Notes under the pieces: model-generated
Databases searched by the model: none
What the model was told of the DNA's origin: nothing
What the model saw: only the letters and a program-made list of their open reading frames with translations
IMG/VR virus record: IMGVR_UViG_3300038443_001692
Location: 20,889 to 84,888 of that record
Strand: one strand, 5' to 3'
DNA length: 64,000 bases
DNA from: a virus
Lineage: Duplodnaviria > Caudoviricetes
Position numbers and translations under genes: made by a program
Shown: one piece after another, positions 35,582 through 43,413 of the stretch
Position numbering within the stretch: the stretch's first letter is position 1
How the letters are laid out: each line of letters begins with the position of its first letter

Positions 35582-38500
35582 TTATGCTGCTTCCCTCAGT
35601 TCGCCACGCTCGCGCATGGCCTTGTACATTTCCGCCAGCCCGGCGTCGATTGCCTCGCGAGTCGGGTACGGCCCGATCTCGGTCTGGCGGTAGAAGTTCG
35701 GGCCGAACGAGATGGTCGACACGACCTCCAGATCCATGTTGGCGTACGGCGCCGTCATGGCCGCGTGGCAGCGCGGCAGGAAGGCGTGCAGATCGCAGAT
35801 GCGCACCGACCAGACCACTTCATCGTGAATGGGCCCGTAGCAGACCGCGTCGAAGTCGTACGCCAAGTTGTCGCGCCACATACGGCCTTCCGCAAGTTTC
35901 GTCTGCTCGCCTGCGGCGCCCTGCACCTTGAAGTTCACGGCCTGGCGCTCGGCCTTGCTCTTCTCGAAGTTGGTGCCGTTCTGCAGCACGTCGCCCAGGT
36001 GACGCACGGCGCCCATCATGGTCCGCACGACACCCTTCTCCTTCACCTCGTCGCGGATCGCGGCCTTCCACTGCTCGGCAACCGGATACATCGCCGCACG
36101 AGCATCAAGGAACAGCTGGGCGCGCTCGACCGAGATCATGAGCGTGGCGGCCACCTTCTCGGCCATTGCGCCGTATTCGGCCGTGAAGTTCACCTTCTTG
36201 CCCAGGCCGCGGATCTCCTTGGCCACCTTCTTCATCTCAGCGTTCAGTGCACCTTCCAGCGCCTGCTCGTAGTCCTCGTAGGTCCAGTCGAGTTTGTTCT
36301 CCTCGCGGATGATGCCCAGCGCCGTGATGGTGTGTGGCGACTTGCGCTTCTCGCCCTGGAAGCAGGACAATGCGTTCGGGTCTTGCGACTGGAACGCGAT
36401 CAGCACCATCTCCTGCGAGTCGAAGTCCATGGAGACGATGACGGCGTCGGGCCGGTGCGGCACGATCACCTCGCGGAATTTGGCCTCCTGCCCGTCGATC
36501 TTCGCGTGCTTGGGCAGCTGCTGCTTGTTCGGCTTCGATTCGCTGGCGCGGCGCGTCACGGTCGCCGCCTGGTTGTGCTGCGAACGCACCTTGCCATCCT
36601 TCCAGTGCGGGTAGTACGGGTACTTCGAGTAAAACAGCGAGCGGCGCGTCGTGACCATGCCCATCAGCTTCAGGGCTTCCAGCACGGGCCTCTGCTCGTA
36701 CATGCAGTCCTGCAAGGCGTAGGCCACGGCCAGTGCGTCCGTCTTCGGCGTGCCCTCGCGGATGCCGGCCTTCTTCATCGTGTCAGTCGGCATGTTGCGC
36801 ACGCGGATCGGCAGGCCCATCACCTCGTACATCAGCTTCTGCATCTGCAGCGGCGAGCCCTTGTTGAACTGCGGCTCGCCCTTGAAATGGCGGCGGACGT
36901 AATCGGTGAATTCCTTCTCGACCTCGGCTGGGATGGTGCCGTCCGGCAGATCGTGCTTCTCACCGCGCACGGCCGCACTGGCCTGCACCAGCCGATCCAG
37001 CATGCGAGCGAACTGCAGATGCGGCGTTTCGGTCTCGATGAATTTGACGATCTTCGACGGCGTGCGCATCATCGTGTCCAGCGTTTCGCCAGTCACGATC
37101 GTGTACGCCTCCTTGATCTGCGCCGGCGTGATGTCGACCGTGTACTGGGGCGGCGACGTGCCGGCCCAGCCCTGCGCGATCAGGTACTCGCGCACCACGG
37201 CCCAGGCAGCGTCGAACGTGGCGTCATCCTCGCGCTCGAGCTCCTTGCAGCGCGCGATCGACACCTCGGTGCCGTCGATGAAGTTCTTCGCATGCTGGTA
37301 GGCCGCGTCGATCTCCACCTCCAGATAGACCTGCCACGAGTGCTCCAGCTGCAGGAACAGCTTGTAGTAGTTGTGCAGGGCGATCGTGCAGATCGTGTCG
37401 TCCGCGCCATACCCAAGCACGTAGGCCGCCGGCAGCTCGCGCATCTTGTAGCGGCGCGTCTGCGTGGCCACGACCGGCAGCCCATCCTCGCCCTCCACCA
37501 GCTCCGTCTTCGTGATCTCCATCGGCTGGACGCCGGCGGCGATCTCCTCGTCTGTCAGCGGCTCGAAGCGGCCCGTGCCGACCGTCCGGTACTGATACTC
37601 CTCGCGCACGAACCTGCCACCCTTGAACAGCTCGGACGGATGCGCCGTGATCACGCACGTCTCCTCGTACGTCTGCTGGCGGTAGCCCAAGGTGCCGTGC
37701 GAGCGCTGCTTCAGGCCAGTCGGGATGTTCTCGTCGACGTAGTTCGCTTCGAACTTCGTGTCGAGCACATTCGGCAAGAAACCGTGATAGCCGTTGTCCA
37801 GCTGGCGCGCGCCCCACTCGTTAAACAGGACCGCCAGCTCGAACGAGACGTTCTGGATGACCAGTGGGATCTCCTGTGGAATCGACGCGATGAACTGGCG
37901 CAGAGCCTCACTGGCGATGTTGTCCGTGTCGGCATGGTCGACCGAAAAGTAGAGCGTGTACTGGTTGTTCGGGCCGAACGTGAGCGCCAGGCCGGTGAGA
38001 GTCGAACCGAACACGTCTACGCCGTCCGGATCGCCCAGCGCAGCCAGCCACTCGTCGGACTCGTCCGGCGTCGAGGTTTCGATGTCGAGCGCGACCTCGC
38101 GCGAAGCACGAATGTGCGGCGCGGCCCACTCGCAAGCCGCCTTGAACGACTCGCGCGTGATGAGCCGCGTGCGGCCGTACCAGGGTTTCAGGCGCGGATC
38201 GTTGTCAGTGGGCGCCAGCTGGCGCACCATACCGGCCTCCCAGTGGATCGGCTGGCGCATCGTGTTGACCCACTCGGGGCGCACGCGAGCAAGGTCGAAG
38301 CAGCGGATCACCTGCGACGCATTGTCGAGGATCATCTGCAACAGCTTGTCGTCCGATCCGATGTACTCGGCCAGCGGCGCCAGATCGCTACGCAGCAGCA
38401 TGCCGTGGATCTCGGCCAGGCCGTCGTAGCCGTACTTGTCGCACAGCGCCTCGAACTTCTTCGGGCCGAAGCCCGGGCAGCCCTTGATGTTGTCCGAGCT

Positions 38501-39094
38501 GTCGCCGACCAGCGCCTTGTACGTGGTGACGAGGTGATAGTCGAACGTGCCGTACTTGTTGTGCTCGAACATCTCGTTGATCCACGTCGACACGCGCGCG
38601 CCGTGGGCATTCGGATGCAGGTTCAGCACCGTCAGGTCGTTGTCAAACGTGAAGACGATCAGGTCGTCCTCGGTATTGAAGGACAGCCAGGCGAGCGTGT
38701 CGTCGCCCTCGGCGAAGTCCTGCGTGAGGACCTGCGCACCCAGATCAAGGAAGGTCCGCCTGAGCATTTCGCGGCACTTCTCGAACTCGGCGTACGCCTC
38801 CGGCGGCCGGCTGCTCGCACCGCCGCCCTTATACTGGTTGTCGATCAGCAGGCGCTTGCTCTTGCTGTTCTGACCTTCGAACACGAGGATGACGTCGATC
38901 GGATTCAGCTTGTACGCCTTCATGCAGTCGAGCATGCGGCCGAGCGTATTGTCGTAGCCGTACTGCGCCGAATTGATATAAACAGTTTTCCCTTCATGCT
39001 CGACTTCGTAGCCGTTCTCTTTGTCCTTGGACCACGACATCATCGTCCACATGAAGGACGAGCAGTCAAAGGCGCCGCGACGATATTTTTTCAT
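35582..39094 (-). CDS. polA: Family A DNA polymerase with fused 5'-3' exonuclease and 3'-5' exonuclease domains
   Basis: EGDD, DNDL and GDSSDNIKGCPGFG (FEN-like); DIETS (ExoI); DFDSQE, KKVNFTAEYG and IHDE (pol motifs A, B, C). Confidence 0.95.
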   Translation of the reverse strand: MKKYRRGAFDCSSFMWTMMSWSKDKENGYEVEHEGKTVYINSAQYGYDNTLGRMLDCMKAYKLNPIDVILVFEGQNSKSKRLLIDNQYKGGGASSRPPEAYAEFEKCREMLRRTFLDLGAQVLTQDFAEGDDTLAWLSFNTEDDLIVFTFDNDLTVLNLHPNAHGARVSTWINEMFEHNKYGTFDYHLVTTYKALVGDSSDNIKGCPGFGPKKFEALCDKYGYDGLAEIHGMLLRSDLAPLAEYIGSDDKLLQMILDNASQVIRCFDLARVRPEWVNTMRQPIHWEAGMVRQLAPTDNDPRLKPWYGRTRLITRESFKAACEWAAPHIRASREVALDIETSTPDESDEWLAALGDPDGVDVFGSTLTGLALTFGPNNQYTLYFSVDHADTDNIASEALRQFIASIPQEIPLVIQNVSFELAVLFNEWGARQLDNGYHGFLPNVLDTKFEANYVDENIPTGLKQRSHGTLGYRQQTYEETCVITAHPSELFKGGRFVREEYQYRTVGTGRFEPLTDEEIAAGVQPMEITKTELVEGEDGLPVVATQTRRYKMRELPAAYVLGYGADDTICTIALHNYYKLFLQLEHSWQVYLEVEIDAAYQHAKNFIDGTEVSIARCKELEREDDATFDAAWAVVREYLIAQGWAGTSPPQYTVDITPAQIKEAYTIVTGETLDTMMRTPSKIVKFIETETPHLQFARMLDRLVQASAAVRGEKHDLPDGTIPAEVEKEFTDYVRRHFKGEPQFNKGSPLQMQKLMYEVMGLPIRVRNMPTDTMKKAGIREGTPKTDALAVAYALQDCMYEQRPVLEALKLMGMVTTRRSLFYSKYPYYPHWKDGKVRSQHNQAATVTRRASESKPNKQQLPKHAKIDGQEAKFREVIVPHRPDAVIVSMDFDSQEMVLIAFQSQDPNALSCFQGEKRKSPHTITALGIIREENKLDWTYEDYEQALEGALNAEMKKVAKEIRGLGKKVNFTAEYGAMAEKVAATLMISVERAQLFLDARAAMYPVAEQWKAAIRDEVKEKGVVRTMMGAVRHLGDVLQNGTNFEKSKAERQAVNFKVQGAAGEQTKLAEGRMWRDNLAYDFDAVCYGPIHDEVVWSVRICDLHAFLPRCHAAMTAPYANMDLEVVSTISFGPNFYRQTEIGPYPTREAIDAGLAEMYKAMRERGELREAA

Positions 39095-39336
39095 TAGGCC
39101 CTCCGTTGCAGTTTCTGACGCTTTTCAATCTCGGTCTGGCAAGCCGCGCACCGCACGCGCTTATAGGCGATGCGCACCGGCGCCAGCTCGTCGCCGCAGC
39201 CGACGCAATTCACGCCGTCGAAGTCCGGATGGTGCTCAGCCTTGAGATGTTCACGCACCTGCGCCAGGCCGAAGTCCGAGGTTTCCTGGCGCAGGTTTTC
39301 TGCCGTCTCAAGTTCGTCTGCCGTACGTTCGCTCAT
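39094..39336 (-). CDS. TraR/DksA-type C4 zinc-finger protein
   Basis: N-terminal DELETA acidic tip, CVGC...CAACQ. Confidence 0.8.
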   Translation of the reverse strand: MSERTADELETAENLRQETSDFGLAQVREHLKAEHHPDFDGVNCVGCGDELAPVRIAYKRVRCAACQTEIEKRQKLQRRA

Positions 39337-39860
39337 GCCATACCTCGCAGGACAGCACGGATCTGCTCAAGCGTGTCTGACAGGTCGCCGCTGTTGTCAA
39401 TAAGTGCGTCGATCGAGTCGATGCGCAGGCCTGCTTCCGAAACGTGCATTCGCTGCGCGCCGAGATCGGCCTGCCGCCCGCGGATAAACACCACCCTGCC
39501 GCCCAGCGCGCGGATCATCCTCGCCTCATTCTCGAAGCGGACGTCAGAAAGGACGACGCGCGCATTGTTATCGAAATTACTCAGCCTCAACCCCATGACC
39601 TTGACCCAGATGTCCGGATCCAACTTGCGACCCCACTCCGTACCGAGAGCCTGTGCAGCCATGCGCCAGCTGAAGTCGAAGCCAGGAATCGGCTGCTCCT
39701 TCGCATCGCGGTCGGCCGGCTCCGGCATGCCGGCGGCCGCCAGCATCGCCTTGAGCGGACCAGCGAACGACAGCTTGACAAAACCGTGCTCACGCACGAG
39801 GTAGTCGGCGACGGTATCCTTACCTGCACCGGCCTTGCCGGTCATTCCGATCAAAATCAT
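39333..39860 (-). CDS. Deoxynucleoside monophosphate kinase
   Basis: GKAGAGKDT, SFAGPLK, QALGTEWGR and DVRFENEA motifs. Confidence 0.88.
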   Translation of the reverse strand: MILIGMTGKAGAGKDTVADYLVREHGFVKLSFAGPLKAMLAAAGMPEPADRDAKEQPIPGFDFSWRMAAQALGTEWGRKLDPDIWVKVMGLRLSNFDNNARVVLSDVRFENEARMIRALGGRVVFIRGRQADLGAQRMHVSEAGLRIDSIDALIDNSGDLSDTLEQIRAVLRGMA

Positions 39861-40075
39861 TTCTTGACTCCCAATTTATTGAAAATTCTTCTGAAAATAT
39901 AGCTCCGCACCAGCGATACCGCGGTGAAGAACAGGGTGATGGCGACGCTGTCGGTCGGCGACGAGTGCAGATGCCATACGGGATTGACAAAGTAGTGCTG
40001 CAGTAGCGCGCTGATGAGAAATGCGGCGCCGGTAGAGACAACCACTTCGATCAGGGTATGACGGTGGCTTTGCAT
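39857..40075 (-). CDS. Small membrane protein (2 TM segments)
   Basis: Hydrophobic 72-aa ORF, S..RSY..RR.FN pattern. Confidence 0.65.
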   Translation of the reverse strand: MQSHRHTLIEVVVSTGAAFLISALLQHYFVNPVWHLHSSPTDSVAITLFFTAVSLVRSYIFRRIFNKLGVKK

Positions 40076-41121
40076 ACGCCCTCCTGTTGCAAGTTGGCCG
40101 GCAGCCGTTGGTACTCAGCTTCCAGCCACATACGGATCGACTCCAGTTTCGCCTGCGACAGCGAGAACGGGAACTGCGCGCTGGACCAGATCCGCTGCCT
40201 GAACTTCGAGACACTGATCACCTCGGGCACCAGCAGGTTTTGCCAAATCTGCAGCTTGCTCCGGTCCGAGATTGCCAGGTCGTCGACGATCCCCAGGCAA
40301 TCACGCAGCACCTGCTCGTTGCGCCGTAACTGCGACATGTCCATCGCCGTCAGGCGCATCTGCGTCACCAGTTCCGGGCAGTGTGAACCCAGGGTCAGGA
40401 GGCGCAGCGCCTGCAGGGCGTAGTCCAAGCCCTGGAACTCAGGGAAGCGCTTGCGGTGCACGTTCACCACGGAGCGCACCAGCGCAAGCTGGTCGAAGCG
40501 CAGCGTGCAGTCTGCCTCGCCACGGCTCATCTCCAGCATGTCCTGCACCATGCCAGCCACGCTCTCGCCCCAAGGCGAATCGCATGCCGGTCGACCGTTG
40601 CGCACGCCGATAATCGTCCGGTCTGGCAGCACCGCGTAGTAGTTGTCGTCATCGCTGACGACGTCCAGCACCGGCAGCGACTGCGCGGCAGCATGCGCGA
40701 CCTCGATCGAAAACATGGCGCCGGCGCTGGCTTCCAGGTGGCTGGGAAAGCCGATCGGCGTCGAGAACAGGAACGCACGCTGACCGACCTTGAGGCGCGG
40801 CATGCCCCAGGCGCAGTTGGCGTAGGCGCCGCGCCGCATGGCCGACGAAGGGCGATGCCACAAGTCGTCCAGCGTCTTCGACCAGAACCGGTGCAGCTGC
40901 GTCTCGTCCAGCGCCATTGGCACGTTCAGGTAGTCCTGCAGCGGGACACCACCCAGGGTGGCCTGGCATCTTAGTGGCGGGGCGACCCACGGCAGGTCTG
41001 GGATTTCGATTCGGCCTGGGTTGCGCTCCTCTTCCGAGAGCGCAGACGCGGCAAAAGCGGCCGAAACCGCTTTTGCCAGAGACCGGATCTGCGCCGCGGC
41101 GCTGATCAGGTGGGCCGCCAT
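40051..41121 (-). CDS. Hypothetical protein (356 aa)
   Basis: Fills the gap between the MazG-like gene and 40075; start at ATG 41121 just after the MazG stop. Confidence 0.6.
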   Translation of the reverse strand: MAAHLISAAAQIRSLAKAVSAAFAASALSEEERNPGRIEIPDLPWVAPPLRCQATLGGVPLQDYLNVPMALDETQLHRFWSKTLDDLWHRPSSAMRRGAYANCAWGMPRLKVGQRAFLFSTPIGFPSHLEASAGAMFSIEVAHAAAQSLPVLDVVSDDDNYYAVLPDRTIIGVRNGRPACDSPWGESVAGMVQDMLEMSRGEADCTLRFDQLALVRSVVNVHRKRFPEFQGLDYALQALRLLTLGSHCPELVTQMRLTAMDMSQLRRNEQVLRDCLGIVDDLAISDRSKLQIWQNLLVPEVISVSKFRQRIWSSAQFPFSLSQAKLESIRMWLEAEYQRLPANLQQEGVCKATVIP

Positions 41122-41122
41122 G

Positions 41123-41731
41123 TCAGCTGTTCCGCGCGTCTTCGCCACCCTTGTCGGCGCGCGCCTCGGCGGCCACGTCGCTGTACTTGTCCGGGTAGCG
41201 GGCTTGCAGCTTGGCGATGTTGTCGGCTGCGATCGTAAGCAGATTCAGGCCTGCTGCGTTACACAGATCGATCAGGTCGATCATGATTGCCTGCGCCGCC
41301 GGCACGATCGTACCGCGCAGGTCCTGCGCCGTGTAAAGCATGCCGGTGGCCGGGTCGAGCAACTCGACCGCGCCGCAGATCAGGCCGGTCTGGGTGGCCA
41401 GGCCGCGCGCGATAGCGCAGAGCGAATACGAACGAGAGCGCACGACATCAGCCATGCGAGCGAAGATGCCGGCATTGTAGACGTTGTCGATGATGGCGAT
41501 GTACCACAGCACGTCGCCGATCTCCTCGGCGATGTTCTGGCGCAGCGTGGTCTTGCCGTCCTTGTTCATGCTGTCGAGCGTCATGCCGTAGATGGCGATA
41601 CGCTTGATCGGTGTGGCGATCTCGCCGGTCTCGGTCTGGATACCGAGCGCGGCGTGCTCGAGGCGCAGGAAGTCGGTCGACAATTCTTTTTCGGTGCGGG
41701 CGGCGAGGGCGGGGTATTGGGCAAGGTTCAC
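41123..41731 (-). CDS. MazG-like NTP pyrophosphohydrolase
   Basis: GIQTETGE...EEIGDVLWY and NIAKLQARYP motifs. Confidence 0.8.
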   Translation of the reverse strand: MNLAQYPALAARTEKELSTDFLRLEHAALGIQTETGEIATPIKRIAIYGMTLDSMNKDGKTTLRQNIAEEIGDVLWYIAIIDNVYNAGIFARMADVVRSRSYSLCAIARGLATQTGLICGAVELLDPATGMLYTAQDLRGTIVPAAQAIMIDLIDLCNAAGLNLLTIAADNIAKLQARYPDKYSDVAAEARADKGGEDARNS

Positions 41732-41744
41732 GGTGATTCCTTTC

Positions 41745-42458
41745 TTATTTCATCGTTTTGAGGACTTTGTCGATCGAGCTTTTCAGATTCGCTTCGACCT
41801 CAGGCTGCTTCTTGAACCACTGCAGATAGTCCTTGGGCGTTTCCATCAGCAGCATGCCGCGGTACTTGCCGAACGGCCAGCGGTGGATCGTCGTCTCCTG
41901 TGTGGCGTGGAAATCGCGCAAGGTGCGGCGGCCGGCGCGCGCCATCACTTCCTTGAGCAGGCGGTGCGTCGTGGCCACGTCGGCCATCGCACGGTGCGCC
42001 TCGTTCTTCGGAAAGCCGAAATGCTCGCGCAAGGTGGTCAGCTTGTGGTTGGCCGCTTCCGGGATCAGGCGGCGCGCGTGGAACATCGTGCATACCGACG
42101 AGACGATGTTGCCGATCATGTGCAGGCGCTTGACGTCGAACGGCGCGTTGTGGGCGATCAGGACGATGTCACGCCCGTCGAAGGCGCCGTCCAGGTAGCC
42201 GGGCGTCTCGATGAACTCCTGCATCGTCGGCGCGGTAGCGACCATCTCTTCCGTGATGCCGTGCACTTCCATCGCACCGGCCTCGATCGGGCATTGCGGA
42301 TCGATCAGCGACTGGATCTCACGGATCGTCTCCAGCGTGTCGGGATCGATCTCGCGGAAGGCGACTTCGCAGGCCGGGCCGGTCAGGCCGGTGGTTTCGG
42401 TATCGGCGATGACCCACGCGATCTCGCGGACTTGTTCTTGTGGTTGTTGCATGTCCAA
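41745..42458 (-). CDS. DEDDh 3'-5' exonuclease (DnaQ/ExoX-like)
   Basis: DTETTG, AHNAPFD and HRAMADV motifs; C-terminal PFGKYRG...YLQW. Confidence 0.9.
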   Translation of the reverse strand: MDMQQPQEQVREIAWVIADTETTGLTGPACEVAFREIDPDTLETIREIQSLIDPQCPIEAGAMEVHGITEEMVATAPTMQEFIETPGYLDGAFDGRDIVLIAHNAPFDVKRLHMIGNIVSSVCTMFHARRLIPEAANHKLTTLREHFGFPKNEAHRAMADVATTHRLLKEVMARAGRRTLRDFHATQETTIHRWPFGKYRGMLLMETPKDYLQWFKKQPEVEANLKSSIDKVLKTMK

Positions 42459-42474
42459 GATGTTTCTCCTGTAG

Positions 42475-42502
42475 AAAAGGGACCGCCGAAGCGGTCCCTT
42501 TT
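42475..42502 (-). terminator. Rho-independent terminator after the putative SSB gene
   Basis: AAAAGGGACCGC-TTCG-GCGGTCCCTTTT on the - strand. Confidence 0.9.
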
Positions 42503-42521
42503 GGGTGGTGGTGGCTGACGA

Positions 42522-43319
42522 TTACGCGGCGGCTTCCGGCCAGCGGCTGAAGTTCGCCACAGTCCAGTCCTTGCCATTCTTCGACTGCGGTGCGCACTCG
42601 ATCTTCAGCAGTTGAGCCCCATCCGGCGAGATGAAGCCCTTGCCGATCTTGAATGCCTGATCGAGCGTGTAGCGATCGAACGAAGCCTTCGAGGTCGGCG
42701 CCAGGCTGATCTGCACCAGCGAGTCCTGCAGCTCCGGCAGAACCTTGCGGCCCTTATCGCCGATGTCGAACAGCGCGCCGGCAACCACCGTACGCTTCGA
42801 CATCTTGGCTTCATCGAAGCCGGCCTTCTTCAGCTTGGCCAGGTAGTCGTTGCAGTCTTCACCCTGCGTAGTCGTGTGGCCGTCGTCGGAGTAACGGACG
42901 TGTTCCTTGCCCTCGTCACCGTCGACGCCCGGGGAGATCACCCATTGATCCTGGTAGGACAGCAGTTCCATGCCGAGGGTATCGCCGATGACCTTGCCGG
43001 TCATCTGGTCGACGAAGTTGCCGTTGGTGACCTTCAGGCCGCGCAGCGTGTCGAACTGTACCGGGAACGCGTTCTTCAGCAGCTCCAGCGGATTGACCAT
43101 CGGCTTGCGTGCTGCCACTTGACCGCCCAGCGGCTTGGTCGTGGCGACCGCGGTGCTGGAGGAGGTGACAGTCTCTTCGGCCGGCTTGGTCTCGGCATGC
43201 GATGCTGCAGCCGCGGCCAGACGTTCCTGAGCCGAGGAGCGGATCGCCGCGCCCTGGTCAACTGCATCGTCATCCAGAGCTTCGAAGGCCGGGGTCTGTG
43301 CGTTTTTGTTCAGTGCCAT
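42522..43319 (-). CDS. Putative single-stranded DNA-binding protein
   Basis: Monocistronic unit with a strong promoter and terminator in the replication module; acidic disordered N-tail; QISLAPTS..F..Y and W...F pattern; pseudoknot leader. Function is inferred. Confidence 0.5.
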   Translation of the reverse strand: MALNKNAQTPAFEALDDDAVDQGAAIRSSAQERLAAAAASHAETKPAEETVTSSSTAVATTKPLGGQVAARKPMVNPLELLKNAFPVQFDTLRGLKVTNGNFVDQMTGKVIGDTLGMELLSYQDQWVISPGVDGDEGKEHVRYSDDGHTTTQGEDCNDYLAKLKKAGFDEAKMSKRTVVAGALFDIGDKGRKVLPELQDSLVQISLAPTSKASFDRYTLDQAFKIGKGFISPDGAQLLKIECAPQSKNGKDWTVANFSRWPEAAA

Positions 43320-43346
43320 TTTCGTTTCCTTTATCGCTATCGTTTT

Positions 43347-43379
43347 GCCGGGGCAGGAGCCCTCGCCCGGCTTGAGGGT
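43347..43379 (-). promoter_or_regulatory. Predicted H-type RNA pseudoknot at the 5' end of the putative SSB mRNA
   Basis: CCCUC-AA-GCCGGG-C-GAGGG-CUCCUGC-CCCGGC: S1 5 bp, S2 6 bp, followed by an A-rich RBS region. Confidence 0.55.
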
Positions 43380-43384
43380 GATTC

Positions 43385-43413
43385 AGTATGGCAAACTTGT
43401 TGGCGTGTGTCAA
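43385..43413 (-). promoter_or_regulatory. Strong sigma70 promoter TTGACA-N17-CATACT (extended TG)
   Basis: Perfect -35 directly after the primase-helicase stop; 17-nt spacer. Confidence 0.85.

Noticed and set aside
37455-37665. Intein in the DNA polymerase
   Set aside because: The insert is short and lacks the N-terminal Cys/Ser block and the His-Asn C-terminus.
35357-39097. 1246-aa + strand ORF opposite the DNA polymerase (and similar long antisense ORFs elsewhere)
   Set aside because: Mirror of a motif-complete gene; R/L/V/H-rich composition typical of antisense frames.
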